DNA of 64,000 nucleotides, from NCBI GenBank assembly GCA_002493325.1, contig DKYL01000004.1, positions 4,940 to 68,939 on the forward strand. The letters run 5' to 3'. Position 1 is the first letter of the stretch, and each line of letters starts with the position of its first letter. Source of the stretch: Ruminococcaceae bacterium UBA7101 (lineage in GTDB: Bacteria > Bacillota > Clostridia > Oscillospirales > Acutalibacteraceae). The notes below the pieces were generated by a model, which searched no databases, was not told the DNA's origin, and was given only the letters and a program-made list of their open reading frames with translations. A program made the position numbers and the translations under genes. Of this stretch, positions 1-8,755 are shown in pieces.

Positions 1-53
1 TTACCCCTTTTCATAAAACATATTCCATTATATGCAAAAGAGGTTTTAAAGAT

Positions 54-88
54 AAAAAAAACTGCAAGGCTTAATGCCTTGCAGTTTT
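54..88 (-). terminator. Rho-independent terminator after the MFS gene
   Basis: AAACTGCAAGGC-ttaat-GCCTTGCAGTTT hairpin with an A-run on its left (U-tract on the minus strand). Confidence 0.8.
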
Positions 89-97
89 AATATAAAA

Positions 98-2632
98 TTA
101 TTTTCTGTTTTTCTTTGCAGCTTTTTCAGCCTTGCGTCTTTCAAGCTCTGCCTGCTCCTCAGCACGTTTCTTTGCAGCCTCTTCTTCCTTAATTCTGTCC
201 TCTTCCTCAGCCTTTTCCTTAGCCTCGTCATAGAGAGCAGCAATTTCATCAAAGTGACTGTAATTCTCCTGCTGGATAAGAAGCTTTTTAGCATCATTAA
301 ACGGCTTTGCTGCACGGTTGAATTCAGCAAATTCATCCTGCATTTTCTTAGCTTTTTCACGAACATCATTACGCATTTTCTGGACGTTCTTAATTTCTGC
401 ATTAAACTCCTTAACCTTTTCGCTGTCCTTCTCCTTGCGGGCTAATTCTCTTTCCTTGATTAACTCGGCAATCTTTTCATCACAGCCGTCCTCTTCATCA
501 AAAAGAGAAAGCAGTGCAGACATATCAGGCTCAGCAAATTCCTTAACAGAACCATAGTATTTTTCAAAAGCCTTTTTAGCAGAAATCTTCTTTTTAGCAA
601 TTTCGATTTCAAACTTGCGTATTTCGATTTCTTCAGCAGTAGCCTTAGGAAGCTTCTTTGCATTAGACAAATCCTTGTGAAGGTCAGACAATACTGCATT
701 CTTAATGCCCTGAAGTCCTTCACTGTATACTTTTTCATATGCAGCCACCTGATGCTTTACAACATCAGTATCAAACTTGTCAAGCTCAGCACATACAAAC
801 TTAGCAATCTCTATTTCCTCATTGAAAACAAGAGCTTCTCTGTATGCCTTTTTAGCAGCCTTTCTTTCAGTCTTATCCTTTATACCCTTATAAGAGTTCT
901 TATCAACTGCTTTAGGCGTTTCCTTTGACATTTCTCTTGCATCATTAACAAGGTCAATCGCTTCAACAATCTGATGATTACCCAATGCCTTGTTGCCAAA
1001 GTCCTCAAACATAGCTCTGACCTGTAACACACGAATTACAGATTTCTGCTTTTTCTCATTAAAATCATACCAGAAATAAGGTATAACATTCATTAATGCA
1101 CCAACTGCTGAAATCACAATCAATACCTTAAGAAGCGGCATTAAAACATTCAAATCATAAAGTGCTGAATAAGCATTATTAAAGTTATCCTGTCCCTGTG
1201 CAAGCTGTTCGTTTAAAATCTGACCAACTGTTTTACCGTCACCAAGTACACGGTTTAATATTTCAGGATTGGATGTAACGGCAGCAGCATTCGCTTTTGT
1301 AATTCCGCCCTTTTCGTAAATAACAGGCAATACAGAAGAGGTAATCAGGCTGATGATCGTACCTATTGTTGCAACAGCAGAGAACATACCGTCAATTCTC
1401 TCACCTGATTTATATTGCTGATAATCTCTGATATCTGCCTGTATTGTCGGATTAAGAATATGTGCAAAGGAACCCATAAATGCATTGAGATACATACAGC
1501 CAAGCACAAGCCAGATGGTTCCGCCGTTAATTTTTGAAATGGACGGCCATAACATCAGGATAAATAAAATATTAAACAGGTTAGTAACTACAAGTACAGA
1601 CTTTTTACCCCATTTACGAATGCAGAACGGTGCAATAAGCATACCCCATAAAGACGCATTACCATAAAGGGTAACAACAAGGCTGTAAACATTACCGGAG
1701 CAGATACCGCCGTAATTATAAAGCCAGTTCAAAATATTTGCAAACGCAGATTCAAGGAATCCAATCCAGCCTGCAAGTGAAATAATCCAGAAATATTTAT
1801 TTTTAAACACCTCTTTAAGGGCATCAATAAATCTGATCTGAATAACGTGGGTTCTTGCCTGAACAATTTTTTCTTCGGTATTTTTATATACAACAATACA
1901 AAGCAAAATACCGATAACACCGAGAATCGGATAAAGTAAACGATAAACACGAATATCGGTAGTATTTGAATGGAATACATTTGCTGCAATAAGAGGAGTC
2001 AGCAAATTAACAATTGAAGGAGCTAAAGAGTAAACAACGCTTTTGATGGATGAAACGTCTGCTCTCTCCTGTGTGTTAGGTGAAAGAACGTGAATAAGAT
2101 TTTCATAACCATCATAGAAGAAGTAATAGAAAAAGTGCAGAAACAGATTGAATATCAATATTAATGCACATTTTGCAACATAAGCCTTTGTTTCGCCAAA
2201 AATCATTCCTGTACCGAAAATCATCTCAAGCTTATCGTAAGGGAACCAAACCATAAGCACACAGATGATTGCGGTAGGAATACCCATGCTTACTATATAA
2301 GGTCGGTATTTACCCGCTTTGTTACGCGTATTATCGATAATATTTGCTCTGATACCGGTGAGCGGAATATTAGCAAGAACAGCGATAACATAAAGTATGT
2401 ACATATCTGTTGCATCAACAGCTAATGAACTTGAAATCAAAGTATTACCTGTAGCCAGCAAACAAGCTGTACCTAAGGTAATAACAAAATAAGCACCGAT
2501 ACCTCCGCCTGAATATGCCGCTATTTCTTTAAAGGACATAAAGCGACCTTTAGGTGCCTCATTCCAATAATAGCGCACATTGTCAATGAGACCCTGTACT
2601 TTTTGTTTTTTTCCTACATCTGCCACTAACAT
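98..2632 (-). CDS. GPH-family (MelB-like) MFS sugar/cation symporter with a long charged C-terminal helical extension
   Basis: About 12 hydrophobic segments. GPH motifs IIDNTRNKAGKYRPY, LSPNTQER and DIRDYQQYKSGERIDG. ~320 aa Lys/Glu-rich tail. RBS AAGGAGAG (GTG at 2626 may be the real start). Confidence 0.85.
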   Translation of the reverse strand: MLVADVGKKQKVQGLIDNVRYYWNEAPKGRFMSFKEIAAYSGGGIGAYFVITLGTACLLATGNTLISSSLAVDATDMYILYVIAVLANIPLTGIRANIIDNTRNKAGKYRPYIVSMGIPTAIICVLMVWFPYDKLEMIFGTGMIFGETKAYVAKCALILIFNLFLHFFYYFFYDGYENLIHVLSPNTQERADVSSIKSVVYSLAPSIVNLLTPLIAANVFHSNTTDIRVYRLLYPILGVIGILLCIVVYKNTEEKIVQARTHVIQIRFIDALKEVFKNKYFWIISLAGWIGFLESAFANILNWLYNYGGICSGNVYSLVVTLYGNASLWGMLIAPFCIRKWGKKSVLVVTNLFNILFILMLWPSISKINGGTIWLVLGCMYLNAFMGSFAHILNPTIQADIRDYQQYKSGERIDGMFSAVATIGTIISLITSSVLPVIYEKGGITKANAAAVTSNPEILNRVLGDGKTVGQILNEQLAQGQDNFNNAYSALYDLNVLMPLLKVLIVISAVGALMNVIPYFWYDFNEKKQKSVIRVLQVRAMFEDFGNKALGNHQIVEAIDLVNDAREMSKETPKAVDKNSYKGIKDKTERKAAKKAYREALVFNEEIEIAKFVCAELDKFDTDVVKHQVAAYEKVYSEGLQGIKNAVLSDLHKDLSNAKKLPKATAEEIEIRKFEIEIAKKKISAKKAFEKYYGSVKEFAEPDMSALLSLFDEEDGCDEKIAELIKERELARKEKDSEKVKEFNAEIKNVQKMRNDVREKAKKMQDEFAEFNRAAKPFNDAKKLLIQQENYSHFDEIAALYDEAKEKAEEEDRIKEEEAAKKRAEEQAELERRKAEKAAKKNRK

Positions 2633-2720
2633 CTCTCCTTTTTACGTAATTTGCAGTAAGAATATTCTAGCACACTTCTGTAACAAATACAACAAAAATT
2701 ATTAATAATTTGTCTATTAT

Positions 2721-3608
2721 TTAGTTTAAAACTAACACAATATTTTCACCATTCGACAAAGTTACACTTATACCGTCACTTTTTGCTTCATAAGATGAAG
2801 AACTTTCCAGATTGCTGTATTTATCATCAGTAACGGTACCGACAGGCATACCATCCGTATATTCAGGCTTACCGCTGATATAAGCACCTATTCTTTTATC
2901 ATTCATAGCAAAATATTTCAATGCCTTGCCGCCATTGTTCTCAAGCTCACTTGCAGGGTCAAAATAATACCAGTCATTATTAAAATTGACAAGCGAAATC
3001 ATATTCGGTGTGCTATCGTAGCTGACAGTGTGGCTTGCCCTTCCGCCGCCGCAGAGAATTAAGTATTCAAACACAGAATTAATAGCTGATTTAACACCCT
3101 TGCCCTGCAATATGACATCATAGGTATTTACAACACTGTTATCAATCTGAAAGTTCTGATTGATATAGTCATAAACATTAAATACAAACCTGCTGCTGTC
3201 AACATTGCCTAAACCGCAAGCCTCAAGGATTTCATTAATTTTTGCATTAAACTCTGCAACAAGCTGAAGATGCGTTTGAGTATCATTTTTATATTTTATT
3301 TCAACGCCTGATGAATCGGGCAGAATATCAATACTTTCAACCAGTGCATTAAGCGGAAAGCCTGTATAATACAGCTGATTGACAGAATCAAGCATCCTGA
3401 CATTATATTTTACCTCTGTTTCACCATTGATTACGGACTTGCAAAGATTTTCATAAGCACTGATTGCACTGGCATCATAGCTTTCATAGTGGCTGTCATA
3501 GGTTACAGGCAGACTGTCGGCTTGCTCCTCTGCCTTATCCTTTGAGCAGCCTGCGAACGCAGCCGCAATAATGCATATTGATATAAAAACTGAAACCAAC
3601 TTCTTCAT
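2721..3608 (-). CDS. Lipoprotein with a degenerate transglutaminase-like domain
   Basis: Lipobox FAGC. VYDYI...YDVILQGKGVK...SLVNFNNDWYYFDP resembles the transglutaminase-like core but lacks the catalytic Cys and His. Confidence 0.65.
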   Translation of the reverse strand: MKKLVSVFISICIIAAAFAGCSKDKAEEQADSLPVTYDSHYESYDASAISAYENLCKSVINGETEVKYNVRMLDSVNQLYYTGFPLNALVESIDILPDSSGVEIKYKNDTQTHLQLVAEFNAKINEILEACGLGNVDSSRFVFNVYDYINQNFQIDNSVVNTYDVILQGKGVKSAINSVFEYLILCGGGRASHTVSYDSTPNMISLVNFNNDWYYFDPASELENNGGKALKYFAMNDKRIGAYISGKPEYTDGMPVGTVTDDKYSNLESSSSYEAKSDGISVTLSNGENIVLVLN

Positions 3609-3612
3609 AATA

Positions 3613-4689
3613 TTAACCCTTTATCTGTTTTAATTTATATTCACTCTGTGAAAAGAATTTTTTATAGGCATCACAATAATTCTTATCACGCCTGTTCCGC
3701 TTACATCCGCCGCCTCGGCAGACATAGAAAAACTCACAAGCCTTGCAAGCAGGATTAAGCTTAAAGGACTCTTTTAAAAATTCCACAGCCTTTTCGCTGT
3801 GATAAAGCTCATCAAAGGAAGCACTGTTGATGTTGCCCAAGTACCACTCATCCGTGCAATAGAAATCACAGGGATAAACACTGCCGTCACCCTCCACCAC
3901 AAACTGCGTTGAGCAGCAGCCGTTCATACCGCACTGCTCGGCATTCCTGCCGTTTACAAGTGCTATGTAATTATCAAAGGAACGGATTGAAACATATTCG
4001 CCCCGCATATAATCATTGAAATATATATTAAAGCCCCTTGTGAGGAACTCACTGTAATCATCACAATCCATATACATTTCTTCATCATAAACACCGCTGA
4101 AGGGTCTTAAGCAGGGAATAAACTGCAGATATCTCAAACCCTCGGATTTAAAAAATCTGTAAGCCTGTCTGAATTGATTGGCGGTTCTTTTTGTTAAAAC
4201 GGACAGCACATTGAATGAAACATTATGCTTTTTTAAACACGCAATACCTTTCATAACGTCATTAAAGGAGCTTTTTCCGTCAGGATAAAGACGATATGAA
4301 TTAAGCTTTTCATCACCATCAAGGGATACACCGATTAAGAAATTGTGCTTTTTAAAAAACGCAGCAAATTCATCAGTAATCAAAGTACCGTTCGTCTGCA
4401 AGCAATAGTGCACGGGAGCGTTCTGTGCATTATTCTTTTTAACAAAATCAACAAAAGCACTGAAAAAATCTATTCCGCTGAGCAGCGGTTCACCCCCCTG
4501 AAAAGTGAAATAGACATCACTTCCCTTTGCAAAATCAAGGGCTGATAATATCACGTTTTCAGCCGTGCTTTCAGTCATCATTCCTTTTGAATACTCGCTT
4601 CGTTCACCTGCAAGCGAGCTGTAAAAACAGTATTCGCATTTCAGATTACAAAGACTTGATGACGGCTTGAGCATTACCGATATAGCCAT
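3613..4689 (-). CDS. Radical SAM/SPASM protein of the anaerobic sulfatase maturase (anSME) family
   Basis: KPSSSLCNLKCEYCFY (CxxxCxxC), FQGGEPLL, LQTNG, SLDG. SPASM cysteines CGMNGCC, YPCDF and CKACEFFYVCRGGGC. Confidence 0.9.
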   Translation of the reverse strand: MAISVMLKPSSSLCNLKCEYCFYSSLAGERSEYSKGMMTESTAENVILSALDFAKGSDVYFTFQGGEPLLSGIDFFSAFVDFVKKNNAQNAPVHYCLQTNGTLITDEFAAFFKKHNFLIGVSLDGDEKLNSYRLYPDGKSSFNDVMKGIACLKKHNVSFNVLSVLTKRTANQFRQAYRFFKSEGLRYLQFIPCLRPFSGVYDEEMYMDCDDYSEFLTRGFNIYFNDYMRGEYVSIRSFDNYIALVNGRNAEQCGMNGCCSTQFVVEGDGSVYPCDFYCTDEWYLGNINSASFDELYHSEKAVEFLKESFKLNPACKACEFFYVCRGGGCKRNRRDKNYCDAYKKFFSQSEYKLKQIKG

Positions 4690-4763
4690 TTAATCACCTA
4701 CAATTCATAGCAAACCTTTTAATATTATATTATATTTTAAAGTGTAATACAAGCAATATAGAA

Positions 4764-4794
4764 AAAATCCCGATGGACAAACCATCGGGATTTT
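4764..4794 (-). terminator. Rho-independent terminator of nifJ
   Basis: AAAATCCCGATGG-acaaa-CCATCGGGATTTT hairpin just after the stop codon. Confidence 0.85.
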
Positions 4795-4817
4795 GTTATT
4801 ACCTTTGTGAATAATAA

Positions 4818-7800
4818 TTATTCAGCATCGGGAGCATAGTAATCAACAAGCTTTGCAAGCTTATTGTACTTTTCAATTGAATTCTCTGCTGCGATAGCGA
4901 AGAGCTGCTCTGCCTTGCCAGGGAATGCTCTCTTAAGTGAAGAATATCTAACCTCACCCTCGATGAATTCAACATAGTCAGCAGTAGGAGCCTTGCTGTC
5001 AAGTGAGAATGGATTCTTGCCCTGTTCAATAAGAGCAGGATTGTAACGGAATAAGTTCCAGTAACCTGCAGCAACAGCCTTCTTCTGCTCTGTCTGGTTG
5101 AATGGCATCTTGATACCGTGGTTGATACAAGGAGCGTAACAGATAATGATGGAAGGACCATTATAAGCAGCAGCCTCCTGGAATGCCTTTAAGCACTGGT
5201 TAGCGTTAGCACCCATAGCAACCTGAGCAACGTAAACATAGCCGTAGCTCATAGCAATCTGAGCAAGGTCTTTCTTCTTAACAACCTTACCTGAAGCAGC
5301 AAACTTAGCAACAGCACCTGTCGGTGTAGCCTTTGAAGCCTGACCGCCTGTATTAGAGTAAACCTCTGTATCAAATACAACAATGTTTACATCCTCGTTA
5401 GAAGCGATAACGTGGTCAAGACCGCCGAAGCCGATATCGTAAGCCCAACCGTCACCGCCGAAGATGAACTGATATTTCTTAGCTGCGTAGTCAGCATCCT
5501 TAAGGAAATCAGCGGCAGCGTCAGCAGCCTCACCCTCAAAGCTGTTAGCCTTTAATGCTGCAATAAGAGCATCAGCAGCCTCAGTATTCTTAGCAGCATC
5601 CTCGTATGTGTCAAGCCAAGCCTGTGCCTCTGCAGCAACTGCAGTGTTCAGAAGAACCTCAGCATCCATAGCAAGTCTTTCACGAATCTGCTTCTGAGCA
5701 AGCATCATACCGTAACCGAACTCAGCGTTATCCTCAAACAGTGAGTTTGACCAAGCAGGACCGTGACCCTTCTTGTCAACTGTGTAAGGAGTTGAAGGAG
5801 CAGAACCGCCCCAGATTGATGAACAGCCTGTTGCGTTAGCAATATACATTCTGTCACCGTAAAGCTGTGTTACAAGCTTTGCATAAGGTGTTTCACCACA
5901 GCCTGCACAAGCACCTGAGAACTCAAGGTATGGCTTTCTGTACTGAACACCGATTGTTGTGTTATTAACAACCTCAGGCTTAGCATCAACGTCGCAGAGA
6001 GCGTCGAATACAGGCTGAGATTTCATCTGTGAAGCGATTGGCTTCATTGTAAGTGACTTAGTAGGACAAACGTTAGCACAAGAGCCGCAGCCTGTACAGT
6101 CAAGAGTTGAAACGATAAGTGCATACTTGTAAGGTGCTCTCTTATGGTCAACCATTGGTGCACCCTCAACCTTAGCAGCCTCTTCGTTTGTAAGACATAC
6201 AGGACGGATTACAGCGTGAGGACAAACCATTGAGCAAAGGTTACACTGTGCACATGTGGTTGGCTCCCACTCAGGAACTGTGATAGCAATACCTCTCTTC
6301 TCAAATGCTGCTGAGCCCTGAGGATAAACACCGTCAGCACAGTCAACAAATGTTGAAACAGGAAGGTCATCACCGTGTAATCTGCCGACAGGATCAAGAA
6401 TGTCCTTAACGAACTTCTTCATTTCAGGACGCTCTGTAGGAACAACAAGCTCGGTTGGCTCGTCAACTGCGTCCTTCCATGAAGCAGGAACGTCAATCTT
6501 AACAAGCTCCTTAGAGCCTCTCTCGATACCGTTGCAGTTCGCGTTAACGATAGCTTCACCCTTCTTTGAGAACTTCTTAACAACTGCAGCCTTCATAAGC
6601 TCAATTGCCTTCTCAACAGGGAGAATATTTGAAATGGTAAAGAATGCTGACTGGAGAATTGTTGATGCTCTGCCCGGAAGACCAACCTCCTCAGCAATCT
6701 TGATACCGTTGATGGTGTAGAACTGAATATCGTTTTCAGCAATATACTTCTTCATCTTAGCAGGAAGCTGCTTATCAAGCTCCTCCGGTGACCAGATGCA
6801 GTTAAGAAGGAAGGTACCGCCCGGAACAATATCCTGTACCATATCATATTTTGTTACATAAGAAGGATTGTGGCAAGCAACAAAGTTTGCCTTGTTAATC
6901 AGATAAGTTGATGTGATTGGTGAAGAACCGAAACGAAGGTGAGATACTGTGATACCGCCTGACTTCTTTGAATCGTAGAAGAAGTAGCCCTGAGCGAACA
7001 TATCTGTATTATCACCGATAATTTTGATAGAATCCTTATTTGCACCAACTGTACCGTCTGAGCCAAGACCCCAGAACTTACAGGATGTTGTGCCTGCAGG
7101 AGTTGTATCAGGTGCTTCGGTAACATCAAGTGAAAGATTTGTAACATCATCGTGGATAGAAAGAGTGAACTCCTTCTTAGGCTCAGCTGCATTCATATTG
7201 TTGTAAACTGCAATAATATGAGCAGGGAGAGTATCCTTTGAACCAAGACCGTATCTGCCGCCGTAAACAGGAACATTCTCAAACTCTGAATTCTTAAGAG
7301 CTGCAACAACGTCAAGGAATAAAGGCTCACCGAGTGAACCCGGCTCCTTAGTTCTGTCGATAACTGAAATTGACTTAACGCTCTTTGGCATAACATCAAG
7401 AAGATGCTTAACTGAGAATGGTCTGTAAAGGTGAACCTTAATCATACCAACCTTCTCACCGCGTGCGTTGAGGAAGTCAACAGTTTCCTGAATGGTGTCA
7501 CAAACTGAACCCATAGCAACAATAACTCTCTCAGCATCCTCAGCACCATAGTAGTTGAAGAGCTTATAGTCTGTGCCGAGCTTCTCGTTAACAACATTCA
7601 TATACATTTCTGTTGTAGCAACAGCGTCATTGTAGTACTTGTTGCAAGCCTCTCTGTGCTGGAAGAAGATATCACTGTTTTCAGCAGAACCGCGAAGAAC
7701 AGGTCTTTCAGGATTTAAAGCTCTTGCTCTGAATTCCTGAACATCCTCCATATCAACCATTGACTTGAGATCTTCGTAATCCCAGATGTCAATCTTCTGA

Positions 7801-8339
7801 ATTTCGTGTGAGGTACGGAAACCGTCAAAGAAATGAAGGAAAGGAACACGGCTCTTTAATGTTGCAAGGTGAGCAACTGCACCAAGGTCCATAACCTCCT
7901 GAACATTAGCAGAGCAAAGCATTGCATAACCTGTCTGACGGCAAGCCATAACGTCTGAATGGTCACCGAAAATGTTAAGTGCGTGAGTTGATACGCAGCG
8001 TGCTGATACGTGAATAACTGAAGGGATTAACTCACCGGCAATCTTATACATATTCGGGATCATAAGAAGAAGACCCTGTGATGCAGTATAAGTTGTGGTT
8101 AAAGCACCTGCTGAAAGTGAGCCGTGAACGGCACCTGCAGCACCTGCTTCAGATTCCATTTCAGCAACCTTAACAGTCTGACCGAAAATGTTTTTTACCC
8201 CTCTGGCAGCCATGGCGTCGGTTTCCTCAGCCATATTTGATGAAGGAGTAATTGGATAAATTGCGGCAACTTCTGTGAACGCGTAACTCACGTGCGCAGC
8301 GGCAGTGTTACCGTCCATAGTTTTTTTCTTTCTTGCCAT
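4818..8339 (-). CDS. nifJ: Pyruvate:ferredoxin (flavodoxin) oxidoreductase
   Basis: DGNTAAAH, YPITPSS, two 4Fe-4S ferredoxin motifs (CAQCNLCSMVCP, CTGCGSCANVCP), GACAGCGE, TPP motif GGDGWAYDIG. RBS AGGAGG. Confidence 0.97.
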   Translation of the reverse strand: MARKKKTMDGNTAAAHVSYAFTEVAAIYPITPSSNMAEETDAMAARGVKNIFGQTVKVAEMESEAGAAGAVHGSLSAGALTTTYTASQGLLLMIPNMYKIAGELIPSVIHVSARCVSTHALNIFGDHSDVMACRQTGYAMLCSANVQEVMDLGAVAHLATLKSRVPFLHFFDGFRTSHEIQKIDIWDYEDLKSMVDMEDVQEFRARALNPERPVLRGSAENSDIFFQHREACNKYYNDAVATTEMYMNVVNEKLGTDYKLFNYYGAEDAERVIVAMGSVCDTIQETVDFLNARGEKVGMIKVHLYRPFSVKHLLDVMPKSVKSISVIDRTKEPGSLGEPLFLDVVAALKNSEFENVPVYGGRYGLGSKDTLPAHIIAVYNNMNAAEPKKEFTLSIHDDVTNLSLDVTEAPDTTPAGTTSCKFWGLGSDGTVGANKDSIKIIGDNTDMFAQGYFFYDSKKSGGITVSHLRFGSSPITSTYLINKANFVACHNPSYVTKYDMVQDIVPGGTFLLNCIWSPEELDKQLPAKMKKYIAENDIQFYTINGIKIAEEVGLPGRASTILQSAFFTISNILPVEKAIELMKAAVVKKFSKKGEAIVNANCNGIERGSKELVKIDVPASWKDAVDEPTELVVPTERPEMKKFVKDILDPVGRLHGDDLPVSTFVDCADGVYPQGSAAFEKRGIAITVPEWEPTTCAQCNLCSMVCPHAVIRPVCLTNEEAAKVEGAPMVDHKRAPYKYALIVSTLDCTGCGSCANVCPTKSLTMKPIASQMKSQPVFDALCDVDAKPEVVNNTTIGVQYRKPYLEFSGACAGCGETPYAKLVTQLYGDRMYIANATGCSSIWGGSAPSTPYTVDKKGHGPAWSNSLFEDNAEFGYGMMLAQKQIRERLAMDAEVLLNTAVAAEAQAWLDTYEDAAKNTEAADALIAALKANSFEGEAADAAADFLKDADYAAKKYQFIFGGDGWAYDIGFGGLDHVIASNEDVNIVVFDTEVYSNTGGQASKATPTGAVAKFAASGKVVKKKDLAQIAMSYGYVYVAQVAMGANANQCLKAFQEAAAYNGPSIIICYAPCINHGIKMPFNQTEQKKAVAAGYWNLFRYNPALIEQGKNPFSLDSKAPTADYVEFIEGEVRYSSLKRAFPGKAEQLFAIAAENSIEKYNKLAKLVDYYAPDAE

Positions 8340-8408
8340 ATGAACATCCTCCTAAAGTAAAAATGTGTTAATTAAGAGAAAGCGGACAAAGTCCACTTAA
8401 CCTTAAAC

Positions 8409-8437
8409 ATTATACCACTATATATTTTCAAATTCAA
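8409..8437 (-). promoter_or_regulatory. sigma-A-type promoter of nifJ
   Basis: Minus strand TTGAAT-17 bp-TATAAT with extended TGn. Confidence 0.65.
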
Positions 8438-8453
8438 TGATAAAATAAAAAAA

Positions 8454-8486
8454 GTTGATATAGTTTAAAAATTAAACCATATCAAC
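8454..8486 (-). terminator. Terminator hairpin overlapping the 3' end of the small ORF
   Basis: GTTGATATAGTTTAA-aaa-TTAAACCATATCAAC (1 mismatch), followed on the minus strand by a long T-tract. Confidence 0.6.
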
Positions 8487-8612
8487 ATCAGTTACACCGG
8501 ATTCATTATAATTTTTTGCACTCTGACTCTCGGCAAGAAGATTATTGAGATTCGGGAAAATCATTGTCATAAACAAAATAAATGCTATGAGCAGACTTAT
8601 AAATCTTTTCAA
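8472..8612 (-). CDS. 46-aa hydrophobic small ORF (signal-peptide-like or single TM); small protein or 5' relic of a secreted-protein gene
   Basis: TTG start after the RBS AAGGGTGA. Translates to MKRFISLLIAFILFMTMIFPNLNNLLAESQSAKNYNESGVTDVDMV*. Below the ORF-track length cut-off. Confidence 0.5.
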   Translation of the reverse strand: MKRFISLLIAFILFMTMIFPNLNNLLAESQSAKNYNESGVTDVDMV

Positions 8613-8755
8613 AAAATCACCCTTTACTATAACTTTCTATACAGTAGTCCCCAAAACAGCAAAAAAGTTGACATAAATATAATCATAACTACACATCAAA
8701 TGCAGTTGTTAGCTGAAAGCAGACATAAACGGGTGATTTTTTTGATTGTTCTAAA

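Noticed and set aside
46-928. Short overlapping ORFs within the MFS tail (46..402, 74..445, 318..557 and others)
   Set aside because: They are alternate-frame or antisense shadows of a Lys/Glu-rich coding region, with no RBS or motif support. The same applies to most short ORFs nested in long genes across the window.
8628-8641. 14-bp TATAACTTTCTATA shared in reverse complement with 15090-15103
   Set aside because: Very AT-rich with only two copies, so it is not distinguishable from chance.
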